Below the pieces are notes generated by a model. It was not told the DNA's origin. It saw only the letters and a program-made list of their open reading frames with translations, and did no database searches. Below, piece by piece: positions 40,801 through 54,722 of a stretch of DNA of 64,000 nt. The position numbers were made by a program, and so were the translations under genes. Origin of the DNA: the human T2T-CHM13v2.0 reference genome, Homo sapiens; contig CP086569.2 in assembly GCA_009914755.4 (NCBI GenBank), forward strand, positions 27,776,001 through 27,840,000. The letters run 5' to 3'. Numbering within the stretch: position 1 is the stretch's first letter; each line of letters starts with the position of its first letter.

Positions 40801-40918
40801 AATGGAGACAGATGGAATGGAATGGAACAGAGAGCAATGGTATAGAATGCAATGGAATCATATGGAATGGAATTGAATGGAATGGAATAATATGAAATGG
40901 AATGGAATGGAATGGAAT
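37880..40918. repeat. Array-2 HOR copy 2 (3,039 bp), which contains a 283-bp internal tandem duplication.
   Basis: Anchor spacing. The duplication is at 39325-39890. Confidence 0.85.
39325..39890. repeat. 283-bp tandem duplication inside an array-2 HOR copy (copy 1 about 39325-39607, copy 2 about 39608-39890). The two copies are different HOR-variant types.
   Basis: The string 'aataaaaccgactcaaatggaatagaatgtaatggaatggagtgcagtgcaatg' occurs at about 39555 and again at about 39835. Duplicate ORFs 39219..39518 and 39567..39803 both start 'MYIPFQSITFDF'. Copy 1 has 'gaatcgaatataatggagtcg...ttgaaatgaatggg', as at the homologous site in HOR copy 4. Copy 2 has 'gaattgaatacaatggagtcg...ttgaaaggaatggg', as in HOR copy 3. 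Confidence 0.8.
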
Positions 40919-43697
40919 GCCCTTGCATTAAATGGACTGGAATGGAATGGACTCGAACAGAGTGGAATGGAAAGCATTGAAATAGAATGGAATGGACTCC
41001 TTTGGAATGGTCTAGTATGGATGCAATCGACTGGCAGGGAATCAAAAGGAATGTAATCGAATGGATTGGACTGGAATACAATGGACTCGAATAGATTGGA
41101 AACGGAATGCAATGGAATGGAATGGAATAGTATGGAATGGAATGGAATGGAATGGAGTGGAATAGACTAGAGTGGAATGGAATGGACTCGAAAGCAATGG
41201 ACTGGAATGGAACGGTCTTGAATGGACTGGAATCAAACGGAATGGAATGGAATGCAATGCAATCAAATGGAATGGAATAAAATAGAATGAAAGAGAATCA
41301 AATGGAATTGAATGGAATGGAATCGAATGGATTGGAAAGGAATAGAATGGAATGGAATGGAATTGACTCAAATGGAATGGACTAGAATGGAATGGAGTCG
41401 AATGGAAGGCAAAGGAATGGAATCTATTGGAATGGACTGTAATGGAATGGAATGGAAGGGATTGGAATGGACTCGAATGGAATGGACTGCAATAGAAAGG
41501 ATTCGAATGGAATGAAAAAGAATTTAATGGAATAGAACAGAATGGAATCAAATCGAATGAAATGGAATGGAATAGAAAGGAATGGAATGAAATGGAATGG
41601 AAAGGATTCGAATGGAATGCAATCGAATGGAATGGAATCGAAAGGAATGGAATAAAATGGAAGCAAACTGGCAAGAAATGGAATCGAAATGAATGGAGTG
41701 TCATGGAACGGACTCAAAAGGAATTGAATGTGATAGAATGGAGTGGAGTGGACTCGAATATAATGGACTGGAATGGAATGGAATCACATGGAATGGGAAC
41801 GAATGGAATGGAATGGAAAGGAATGGAATCGAATGGAAGGGAATGAAATTGAATCAACAGGAATGGAAGGGAATAGAATAGACTGTAATGGAATGGACTC
41901 GAATAGAAAGGACACGAATGCTCAAATTGAATGGACTCGAATGGAATGGAAACGAAAGGAATGTCATCGAATGGAATTGAATCGATTGGAATGGAATCGC
42001 ATAGAATGGAGAGGAATCAAATGGAATTGAATCGAATGGAAAGGAACCGAATGGACTGAAATGAAATGGAATGGAATTGAATGCAAAGTAATGCAATGCA
42101 ATAGAATGGAACGAAATTTCACGGAATGGAATGAAACAGAATGGAATCAAATCAAAGGAATATAATGAAATGGAATGGAATGGAATGGAAAGGAATTGAA
42201 TGGAATAGTTTCGATTAGAAGGGATTGGAATGCAATGGAATGGAAAGGACTCGAATTTCATGAAACGGAATGGAATGAATTGGAATGGAATGGACTCGAA
42301 TGGAATGGAATGTCATGGAATGGCATCAAATGGAATGGCATCAAATGGAATGGAATCGAATGCAATGGAATGTTATGGAATGGAATGGAATGTATTGGAA
42401 TGGAATGTCCTCTAATGGAATGGATTCGAGTGGAATGGAATTGAATACAATGGAGTCGAATGAAATGGAATTGAAAGGAATGGGATCGAATAGAATGGAA
42501 TATACTGGAATGTAATGTAATGAAGTCGAATGTAATTGACTGGAATGGAATGTACATGAATGGAATGCAATCGAATGAAATAGAATCTAATGCAATAAAA
42601 CCAACTCAAATGGAATAGAATGTAATGGAATGGAGTGCAGTGCAATGGAATGGAATGGAATGTAATGCAATGGAGTGCAGTGCAATGGAATGGAATGGAA
42701 TGGGATGGAATGGGATGGAATGGTATGGAACGGATAATAATGGTCTGGAGTGAAATGGACTGGAAAGGAATGGACTCAAATTGAAAGGGCTCGAAAGGAA
42801 TGGGGTCAAATGTAATGGTCTGGAATGGAATGAACTCGAATGTAATGCAATCCAATAGAATGGAATCGAATGGAATGGAATATAAAGAAATGGAATCGAA
42901 GAGAATGGAAACAAATGGAATGGAATTGCATGGAATTGAATCGAATCGAATCGAATGTAATTGAACGGAAAAAATGCAACTGAATAGAATCGAAAACAAT
43001 GGATTCGACTGGCATCTAATAGAATGAAATGGAATGCGTTGAGGTGGAGTGGATTGTAATGGAGTTGAATGGAATGGGGTGTAATTGAATTGAATGGGGT
43101 GGAGTGGAGTGAACTGGAGTGGAATGGAATGGAATGGGCAGGCATGGAATTGAAAGGCGTGGAGTGGAGTGGAATTGAGAGGAGTGGAATGGAGTAGGGT
43201 GGATTGTAGTGGAGAGTATTGGAAAAGAGTGGAGTGGAACGGAATGGAATGGAGTGGAGTGGAATGGAATGGAATTGAGTGAAGTGGAGTGGAGTGGAAT
43301 GGAGAGTAATGGAGTGGAGTGGACTTGATTGGAGTAGATAGCAGTGCATTGGACTGTACGGGATAGAAGTGGCTTGGAGTGCCATGGAGTGGAGTGGAAT
43401 GGAATGGAATGGAGTGGAATGGATTGGAATGGACTGGAAAGGAATGGAATGGAATGGATTTAAATGGCAGGGAATCAAATCGAATTGAATCATATTGGAA
43501 CAAGTTGAATCGACTGGAGGAAAGAAATCGAATGAAATCGAATGGAATGAATGGAAGAGAGTGCAATGTTATAGAATGGAATGGAGACAGATGGAATGGA
43601 ATGGAACAGAGAGCAATGGTATAGAATGTAATGGAATCATATGAAATGGAATTGAATGGAATGGAATAATATGAAATGGAATGGAATGGAATGGAAT
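40919..43697. repeat. Array-2 HOR copy 3 (2,779 bp).
   Basis: Anchor spacing. It contains a 40-bp tandem duplication at 42621-42700. Confidence 0.85.
42621..42700. repeat. 40-bp tandem duplication ('tgtaatg[g/c]aatggagtgcagtgcaatggaatggaatggaa' twice), private to HOR copy 3.
   Basis: Direct reading. Other copies carry a single instance followed by a pure (GGAAT)n tract. Confidence 0.75.
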
Positions 43698-46450
43698 GCC
43701 CTTGCATTAAATGGACTGGAATGGAATGGACTCGAACAGAGTGGAATGGAAAGCATTGAAATAGAATGGAATGGACTCCTTTGGAATGGTCTAGTATGGA
43801 TGCAATCGACTGGCAGGGAATCAAAAGGAATGTAATCGAATAGATTGGACTGGAATACAATGGACTCGAATAGATTGGAAACGGAATGCAATGGAATGGA
43901 ATGGAATAGTATGGAATGGAATGGAATGGAATGGAGTGGAATAGAATAGAGGGGAATGGAATGGACTCGAAAGCAATGGACTGGAATGGAACGGTCTTGA
44001 ATGGACTGGAATCAAACGGAATGGAATGGAATGCAATGCAATCAAATGGAATGGAATAAAATAGAATGAAAGAGAATCAAATGGAATTGAATGGAATGGA
44101 ATCGAATGGATTGGAAAGGAATAGAATGGAATGGAATGGAATTGACTCAAATGGAATGGACTAGAATGGAATGGAGTCGAATGGAAGGCAAAGGAATGGA
44201 ATCTATTGGAATGGACTGTAATGGAATGGAATGGAAGGGATTGGAATGGACTCGAATGGAATGGACTGCAATAGAAAGGATTCGAATGGAATGAAAAAGA
44301 ATTGAATGGAATAGAACAGAATGGAATCAAATCGAATGAAATGGAATGGAATAGAAAGGAATGGAATGAAATGGAATGGAAAGGATTCGAATGGAATGCA
44401 ATCGAATGGAATGGAATCGAACGGAATGGAATAAAATGGAGGCAAACTGGCAAGAAATGGAATCGAAATGAATGGAGTGTTATGGAACGGACTCCAAAGG
44501 AATTGAATGTAATAGAATGGAGTGGAGTGGACTCGAATATAATGGACTGGAATGGAATGGAATCACATGGAATGGGAACGAATGGAATGGAATGGAAAGG
44601 AATGGAATCGAATGGAAGGGAATGAAATTGAATCAACAGGAATGGAAGGGAATAGAATAGACTGTAATGGAATGGACTCGAATAGAAAGGACACGAATGC
44701 TCAAATTGAATGGACTCGAATGGAATGGAAACGAAAGGAATATCATCGAATGGAATTGAATCGATTGGAATGGAATCGCATAGAATGGAGAGGAATGAAA
44801 CGGAATTGAATCGAATGGAAAGGAACCGAATGGACTGAAATGAAATGGAATGGAATTGAATGGAAAGTAATGCAATGCAATAGAATGGAACGAAATTTCA
44901 CGGAATGGAATGAAACAGAATGGAATCAAATCAATGGAATATAATGAAATGGAATGGAATGGAATGGAAAGGAATTGAATGGAATAGATTGGATTGGAAG
45001 GGATTGGAATGCAATGGAATGGAAAGGACTCGAATTTCATGAAACGGAATGGAATGAATTGGAATGGAATGGACTCGAATGGAATGGAATGTCATGGAAT
45101 GGCATCAAATGGAATGGCATCAAATAGAATGGAATCGAATGCAATGGAATGTTATGGAATGGAATGGAATGTATTGGAATGGAATGTCCTCTAATGGAAT
45201 GGATTCGAGTGGAATGGAATCGAATATAATGGAGTCGAATGAAATGGAATTGAAATGAATGGGATCGAATAGAATGGAATATACTGGAATGTAATGTAAT
45301 GAAGTCGAATGTAATTGACTGGAATGGAATGTACATGAATGGAATGCAATCGAATGGAATAGAATCTAATGCAATAAAACCGACTCAAATGGAATAGAAT
45401 GTAATGGCATGGAGTGCAGTGCAATGGCATGGAATGGAATGGAATGGAATGGAATGGAATGGAATGGGATGGAATGGGATGGAATGGTATGGAACGGATA
45501 ATACTGGTCTGGAGTGAAATGGACTGGAAAGGAATGGACTCAAATTGAAAGGGCTCGAAAGGAATGGGGTCAAATGTAATGGTCTGGAATGGAATGAACT
45601 CGAATGTAATGCAATCCAATAGAATGGAATCGAATGGAATGGAATATAAAGAAATGGAATCGAAGAGAATGGAAACAAATGGAATGGAATTGCATGGAAT
45701 TGAATCGAATCGAATCGAATGTAATTGAACGGAAAAAATGCAACTGAATAGAATCGAAAACAATGGATTCGACTGGCATCTAATAGAATGAAATGGAATG
45801 CGTTGAGGTGGAGTGGATTGTAATGGAGTTGAATGGAATGGTGTGTAATTGAATTGAATGGGGTGGAGTGGAGTGAACTGGAGTGGAATGGAATGGAATG
45901 GGCAGGCATGGAATTGAAAGGCGTGGAGTGGAGTGGAATTGAGAGGAGTGGAATGGAGTAGGGTGGATTGTAGTGGAGAGTATTGGAAAAGAGTGTAGTG
46001 GAACGGAATGGAATAGAGTGGAGTGGAATGGAATGGAATTGAGTGAAGTGGAGTGGAGTGGAAAGAAGAGTAATGGAGTGGAGTGGACTTGATTGGAGTA
46101 GATAGCAGTGCATTGGACTGTACGGGATAGAAGTGGCTTGGAGTGCCATGGAGTGGAGTGGAATGGAATGGAATGGAGTGGAATGGACTGGAAAGGAATG
46201 GAATGGAATGGATTTAAATGCAGGGAATCAAATCGAATTGAATCATATTGGAACAATTTGAATCAACTGGAGGAAAGAAATCGAATGAAATCGAATAGAA
46301 TGAATGGAAGAGAGTGCAATGTTATAGAATGGAATGGAGACAAATGGAATGGAATGGAACAGAGAGCAATGGTATAGAATGCAATGGAATCATATGGAAT
46401 GGAATTGAATGGAATGGAATAATATGAAATGGAATGGAATGGAATGGAAT
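43698..46450. repeat. Array-2 HOR copy 4 (2,753 bp).
   Basis: Anchor spacing. Confidence 0.85.
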
Positions 46451-49224
46451 GCCCTTGCATTAAATGGAAAGGAATGGAATGGACTCGAACAGAGTGGAAT
46501 GGAAAGCATTGAAATAGAATGGAATGGACTCCTTTGGAATGGTCTAGTATGGATGCAATCGACTGGCAGGGAATCAAAAGGAATGTAATCGAATGGATTG
46601 GACTGGAATACAATGGACTCGAATAGATTGGAAACGGAATGCAATGGAATGGAATGGAATAGTATGGAATGGAATGGAATGGAATGGAGTGGAATAGACT
46701 AGAGTGGAATGGAATGGACTCGAAAGCAATGGACTGGAATGGAACGGTCTTGAATGGACTGGAATCAAACGGAATGGAATGGAATGTAATGCAATCAAAT
46801 GGAATGGAATAAAATAGAATAAAAGAGAATCAAATGGAATTGAATGGAATGGAATCGAATGGATTGGAAAGGAATAGAATGGAATGGAATGGAATTGACT
46901 CAAATGGAATGGACTAGAATGGAATGGAGTCGAATGGAAGGCAAAGGAATGGAATCTATTGGAATGGACTGTAATGGAATGGAATGGAAGGGATTGGAAT
47001 GGACTCGAATGGAATGGACTGCAATAGAAAGGATTCGAATGGAATGAAAAAGAATTGAATGGAATAGAACAGAATGGAATCAAATCGAATGAAATGGAAT
47101 GGAATAGAAAGGAATGGAATGAAATGGAATGGAAAGGATTCGAATGGAATGCAATCGAATGGAATGGAATCGAACGGAATGGAATAAAATGGAGGTAAAC
47201 TGGCAAGAAATGGAATCGAAATGAATGGAGTGTTATGGAACGGACTCCAAAGGAATTGAATGTAATAGAATGGAGTGGAGTGGACTCGAATATAATGGAC
47301 TGGAATGGAATGGAATCACATGGAATGGGAACGAATGGAATGGAATGGAAAGGAATGGAATCGAATGGAAGGGAATGAAATTGAATCAATAGGAATGGAA
47401 GGGAATAGAATAGACTGTAATGGAATGGACTCGAATAGAAAGGACACGAATGTTCAAATTGAATGGACTCGAATGGAATGGAAACGAAAGGAATGTCATC
47501 GAATGGAATTGAATCGATTGGAATGGAATCGCATAGAATGGAGAGGAATGAAATGGAATTGAATCGAATGGAAAGGAACCGAATGGACTGAAATGAAATG
47601 GAATGGAATTGAATGGAAAGTAATGCAATGCAATAGAATGGAACGAAATTTCACGGAATGGAATGAAACAGAATGGAATCAAATCAATGGAATATAATGA
47701 AATGGAATGGAATGGAATGGAAAGGAATTGAATGGAATAGATTGGATTGGAAGGGATTGGAATGCAATGGAATGGAAAGGACTCGAATTTCATGAAACGG
47801 AATGGAATGAATTGGAATGGAATGGACTCGAATGGAATGGAATGTCATGGAATGGCATCAAATGGAATGGCATCAAATGGAATGGAATCGAATGCAATGG
47901 AATGTTATGGAATGGAATGGAATGTATTGGAATGGAATGTCCTCTAATGGAATGGATTCGAGTGGAATGGAATCGAATATAATGGAGTCGAATGAAATGG
48001 AATTGAAAGGAATGGGATCGAATAGAATGGAATATACTGGAATGTAATGTAATGAATTCGAATGTAATTGACTGGAATGGAATGTACATGAATGGAATGC
48101 AATCGAATGGAATAGAATCTAATGCAATAAAACCGACTCAAATGGAATAGAATGTAATGGAATGGAGTGCAGTGCAATGGAATGGAATGGAATGGAATGG
48201 AATGGAATGGAATGGAATGGAATGGAATGGGATGCAATGGGATGAAATGGTATGGAACGGATAATAATGGTCTGGAGTGAAATGGACTGGAAAGGAATGG
48301 ACTCAAATTGAAAGGGCTCGAAAGGAATGGGGTCAAATGTAATGGTCTGGAATGGAATGAACTCGAATGTAATGCAATCCAATAGAATGGAATCGAATGG
48401 AATGGAATATAAAGAAATGGAATCGAAGAGAATGGAAACAAATGGAATGGAATTGCATGGAATTGAATCGAATCGAATCGAATGTAATTGAACTCAAAAA
48501 ATGCAACTGAATAGAATCGAAAACAATGGATTCGACTGGCATCTAATAGAATGAAATGGAATGCGTTGAGGTGGAGTGGATTGTAATGGAGTTGAATGGA
48601 ATGGGGTGTAATTGAATTGAATGGGGTGGAGTGGAGTGAACTGGACTGGAATGGAATGGAATGGGCAGGCATGGAATTGAAAGGCGTGGAGTGGAGTGGA
48701 ATTGATAGGAGTGGAATGGAGTAGGGTGGATTGTAGTGGAGATTATTGGAAAAGAGTGGAGTGGAACGGAATGGAATGGAGTGGAGTGGAATGGAATGGA
48801 ATTGAGTGAAGTGGAGTGGAGTGGAATGGAGAGTAATGGAGTGGAGTGGACTTGATTGGAGTAGATAGCAGTGCAACGGACTTTACGGGATAGAAGTGGC
48901 TTGGAGTGCCATGGAGTGGAGTGGAATGGAATGGAATGGAGTGGAATGGATTGGAATGGACTGGAAAGGAATGGAATGGAATGGATTTAAATGGCAGGGA
49001 ATCAAATCGAATTGAATCATATTGGAACAAGTTGAATCGACTGGAGGAAAGAAATCGAATGAAATCGAATGGAATGAATGGAAGAGAGTGCAATGTTATA
49101 GAATGGAATGGAGACAGATGGAATGGAATGGAACAGAGAGCAGTGGTATAGAATGCAATGGAATCATATGAAATGGAATAGAGTGGAATGGAATAATATG
49201 AAATGGAATGGAATGGAATGGAAT
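46451..49224. repeat. Array-2 HOR copy 5 (2,774 bp).
   Basis: Anchor spacing. Confidence 0.85.
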
Positions 49225-51983
49225 GCCCTTGCATTAAATGGACTGGAATGGAATGGAATCGAACAGAGTGGAATGGAAAGCATTGAAATAGAATGGAATG
49301 GACTCCTTTGGAATGGTCTAGTATGGATGCAATCGACTGGCAGAGAATCAAAAGGAATGTAATCGAATAGATTGGACTGGAATACAATGGACTCGAATAG
49401 ATTGGAAACGGAATACAATGGAATGGAATGGAATAGTATGGAATGGAATGGAATGGAATGGAATGGAATAGACTAGAGTGGAATGGAATGGACTTGAAAG
49501 CAATGGACTGGAATGGAACGGTCTTGAATGGACTGGAATCAAACGGAATGGAATGGAATGCAATGCAATCAAATGGAATGGAATAAAATAGAATGAAAGA
49601 GAATCAAATGGAATTGAATCGAATGGAATCGAATGGATTGGAAAGGAATAGAATGGAATGGAATGGAATTGACTCAAATGGAATGGACTAGAATGGAATG
49701 GAGTCGAATGGAAGGCAAAGGAATGGAATCTATTGGAATGGACTGTAACGGAATGGAATGGAAGGGATTGGAATGGACTCGAATGGAATGAACTGCAATA
49801 GAAAGGATTCGAATGGAATGAAAAAGAATTGAATGGAATAGAACAGAATGGAATCAAATCGAATGAAATGGAATGGAATAGAAAGGAATGGAATGAAATG
49901 GAATGGAAAGGATTCGAATGGAATGCAATCGAATGGAATGGAATCGAACGGAATGGAATAAAATGGAAGCAAACTTGCAAGAAATGGAATCGAAATGAAT
50001 GGAGCGTTATGGAACGGACTCCAAAGGAATTGAATGTAATAGAATTGAGTGGAGTGGACTCGAATATAATGGACTGGAATGGAATGGAATCACGTGGAAT
50101 GGGAACGAATGGAATGGAATGGAAAGGAATGGAATCGAATGGAAGGGAATGAAATTGAATCAACAGGAATGGAAGGGAATAGAATAGACTGTAATGGAAT
50201 GGACTCGAATAGAAAGGACACGAATGCTCAAATTGAATGGACTCGAATGGAATGGAAACGAAAGGAATGTCATCGAATGGAATTGAATCGATTGGAATGG
50301 AATCGCATAGAATGGAGAGGAAAGAAATGGAATTGAATCGAATGGAAAGGAACCGAATGGACTGAAATGAAATGGAATGGAATTGAATGGAAAGTAATGC
50401 AATGCAATAGAATGGAACGAAATTTCACAGAATGGAATGAAACAGAATGGAATCAAATCAATGCAATATAATGAAATGGAATGGAATGGAATGGAAAGGA
50501 ATTGAATGGAATAGATTGGATTGGAAGGGATTGGAATGCAATGGAATGGAAAGGACTCGAATTTCATGAAACGGAATGGAATGAATTGGAATGGAATGGA
50601 CTCGAATGGAATGGAATATCATGGAATGGCATCAAATGGAATGGCATCAAATGGAATGGAATCGAATGCAATGGAATGTTATGGAATAGAATGGAATGTA
50701 TTGGAATGGAATGTCTTCTAATGGAATGGATTCGAGTGGAATGGAATCGAATATAATGGGGTCGAATGAAATGGAATTGAAAGGAATGGGATCGAATAGA
50801 ATGGAATATACTGGAATGTAATGTAATGAAGTCGAATGTAATTGACTGGAATGGAATGTACATGAATGGAATGCAATCGAATGGAATAGAATCTAATGCA
50901 ATAAAACCGACTCAAATGGAATAGAATGTAATGGAATGGAGTGCAGTGCAATGGAATGGAATGGAATGGAATGGAATGGAATGGAATGGAATGGAATGGG
51001 ATGGAATGGGATGGAATGGTATGGAACGGATAATAATGGTCTGGAGTGAAATGGACTGGAAAGGAATGGACTCAAATTGAAAGGGCTCGAAAGGAATGGG
51101 GTCAAATGTAATGGTCTGGAATGGAATGAACTCGAATGTAATGCAATCCAATAGAATGGAATCGAATGGAATGGAATATAAAGAAACGGAATCGAAGAGA
51201 ATGGAAACAAATGGAATGGAATTGCATGGAATTGAATCGAATCGAATCGAATGTAATTGAACGGAAAAAATGCAACTGAATAGAATCGAAAACAATGGAT
51301 TCGACTGGCATCTAATAGAATGAAATGGAATTCGTTGAGGTGGAGTGGATTGTAATGGAGTTGAATGGAATGGGGTGTAATTGAATTGAATGGGGTGGAG
51401 TGGAGTGAACTGGAGTGGAATGGAATGGAATGGGCAGGCATGGAATTGAAAGGCATGGAGTGGAGTGGAATTGAGAGGAGTGGAATGGAGTAGGGTGGAT
51501 TGTAGTGGAGAGTATTGGAAAAGAGTAGAGTGGAACGGAATGGAATGGAGTGGAGTGGAATGGAATGGAATTGAGTGAAGTGGAGTGGAGTGGAATGGAG
51601 AGTAATGGAGTGGAGTGGACTTGATTGGAGTAGATAGCAGTGCATTGGACTGTACGGGATAGAAGTGGCTTGGAGTGCCATGGAGTGGAGTGGAATGGAA
51701 TGGAATGGAGTGGAATGGACTGGAAAGGAATGGAATGGAATGGATTTAAATGGCAGGGAATCAAATCGAATTGAATCATATTGGAACAAGTTGAATCGAC
51801 TGGAGGAAAGAAATCGAATGAAATCGAACGGAATGAATGGAAGAGAGTGCAATGTTATAGAATGGAATGGAGACAGATGGAATGGAATGGAACAGAGAGC
51901 AATGGTATAGAATGCAATGGAATCATATGGAATGGAATTGAATGGAATGGAATAATATGAAATGGAATGGAATGGAATGGAAT
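49225..51983. repeat. Array-2 HOR copy 6 (2,759 bp).
   Basis: Anchor spacing. Confidence 0.85.
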
Positions 51984-54722
51984 GCCCTTGCATTAAATGG
52001 ACTGGAATGGAATGGACTCGAACAGAGTGGAATGGAAAGCATTGAAATAGAATGGAATGGACTCCTTTGGAATGGTCTAGTATGGATGCAATCGACTGGC
52101 AGGGAATCAAAAGGAATGTAATCGAATGGATTGGACTGGAATACAATGGACTCGAATACATTGGAAACGGAATGCAATGGAATGGAATGGAATAGTATGG
52201 AATGGAATGGAATGGAATGGAGTGGAATAGACTAGAGTGGAATGGAATGGACTCGAAAGCAATGGACTGGAATGGAACGGTCTTGAATGGACTGGAATCA
52301 AACGGAATGGAATGGAATGCAATGCAATCAAATGGAATGGAATAAAATAGAATGAAAGAGAATCAAATGGAATTGAATCGAATGGAATCGAATGGATTGG
52401 AAAGGAATAGAATGGAATGGAATGGAATTGACTCAAATGGAATGGACTAGAATGGAATGGAGTCGAATGGAAGGCAAAGGAATGGAATCTATTGGAATGG
52501 ACTGTAATGGAATGGAATGGAAGGGATTGGAATGGACTCGAATGGAATGAACTGCAATAGAAAGGATTCGAATGGAATGAAAAAGAATTGAATGGAATAG
52601 AACAGAATGGAATCAAATCGAATGAAATGGAATGGAATAGAAAGGAATGGAATGAAATGGAATGGAAAGGATTCGAATGGAATGCAATCGAATGGAATGG
52701 AATCGAACGGAATGGAATAAAATGGAGGCAAACTGGCAAGAAATGGAATCGAAATGAATGGAGTGTCATGGAACGGACTCCAAAGGAATTGAATTTAATA
52801 GAATGGAGTGGAGTGGACTCGAATATAATGGACTGGAATGGAATGGAATCACATGGAATGGGAACGAATGGAATGGAATGGAAAGGAATGGAATCGAACG
52901 GAAGGGAATGAAATTGAATCAACAGGAATGGAAGGGAATAGAATAGACTGTAATGGAATGGACTCGAATAGAAAGCACACGAATGCTCAAATTGAATGGA
53001 CTCGAATGGAATGGAAACGAAAGCAATGTCATCGAATGGAATTGAATCGATTGGAATGGAATCGCATAGAATGGAGAGGAATGAAACGGAATTGAATCGA
53101 ATGGAAAGGAACCGAATGGACTGAAATGAAATGGAATGGAATTGAATGGAAAGTAATGCAATGCAATAGAATGGAACGAAATTTCACGGAATGGAATGAA
53201 ACAGAATGGAATCAAATCAATGGAATATAATGAAATGGAATGGAATGGAATGGAAAGGAATTGAATGGAATAGATTGGATTGGAAGGGATTGGAATGCAA
53301 TGGAATGGAAAGGACTCGAATTTCATGAAACGGAATGGAATGAATTGGAATGGAATGGACTCGAATGGAATGGAATGTCATGGAATGGCATCAAATGGAA
53401 TGGCATCAAATAGAATGGAATCGAATGCAGTGGAATGTTATGGAATGGAATGGAATGTATTGGAATGGAATGTCCTCTAATGGAATGGATTCGAGTGGAA
53501 TGGAATCGAATATAATGGAGTCGAATGAAATGGAATTGAAAGGAATGGGATAGAATAGAATGGAATTTACTGGAATGGAATGTAATGAAGTCGAATGTAA
53601 TTGACTGGAATGGAATGTACATGAATGGAATGCAATCGAATGGAATAGAATCTAATGCAATAAAACCGACTCAAATGGAATAGAATGTAATGGAATGGAG
53701 TGCAGTGCAATGGAATGGAATGGAATGGAATGGAATGGAATGGAATGGAATGGAATGGAATGGGATGGAATGGGATGGAATGGTATGGAACGGATAATAG
53801 TGGTCTGGAGTGAAATGGACTGGAAAGGAATGGACTCAAATTGAAAGTGCTCGAAAGGAATGGGGTCAAATGTAATGGTCTGGAATGGAATGAACTCGAA
53901 TGTAATGCAATCCAATAGAATGGAATCGAATGGAATGGAATATAAAGAAATGGAATCGAAGAGAATGGAAACAAATGGAATGGAATTGCATGGAATTGAA
54001 TCGAATCGAATCGAATGTAATTGAACGGAAAAAATGCAACTGAATAGAATCGAAAACAATGGATTCGACTGGCATCTAATAGAATGAAATGGAATGCGTT
54101 GAGGTGGAGTGGATTGTAATGGAGTTGAATGGAATGGGGTGTAATTGAATTGAATGGGGTGGAGTGGAGTGAACTGGAGTGGAATGGAATGGAATGGGCA
54201 GGCATGGAATTGAAAGGCGTGGAGTGGAGTGGAATTGAGAGGAGTGGAATGGAGTAGGGTGGATTGTAGTGGAGAGTATTGGAAAAGAGTGGAGTGGAAC
54301 GGAATGGAATGGAGTGGAGTGGAATGGAATTGAGTGAAGTGGAGTGGAGTGGAATGGAGAGTAATAGAGTGGAGTGGACTTGATTGGAGTAGATAGTAGT
54401 GCATTGGACTGTACGGGATAGAAGTGGCTTGGAGTGCCATGGAGTGGAGTGGAATGGACTGGAAAGGAATGGAATGGAATGGATTTAAATGGCAGGGAAT
54501 CAAATCGAATTGAATCATATTGGAACAAGTTGAATTGACTGGAGGAAAGAAATCGAATGAAATCGAATGGAATGAATGGAAGAGAGTGCAATGTTATAGA
54601 ATGGAATGGAGACAGATGGAATGGAATGGAACAGAGAGCAATGGTATAGAATGCAATGGAATCATATGGAATGGAATTGAATGGAATGGAATAATATGAA
54701 ATGGAATGGAATGGAATGGAAT
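51984..54722. repeat. Array-2 HOR copy 7 (2,739 bp).
   Basis: Anchor spacing. Confidence 0.85.

Noticed and set aside
42412-43860. Long ORFs on the minus strand (482 aa here; also 9155..10588 at 477 aa, 27754..29190 at 478 aa, 58948..60366 at 472 aa) and hundreds of 60-420-aa ORFs on both strands.
   Set aside because: The translations are low-complexity periodic peptides (HSIPF/HSTPL)n or (EWNGM/EWSGV)n, produced because (GGAAT)n and (ATTCC)n lack stop codons in all frames. The ORFs overlap each other in different frames and on both strands, recur with the satellite periodicity, and have no start or regulatory context. They are not coding.
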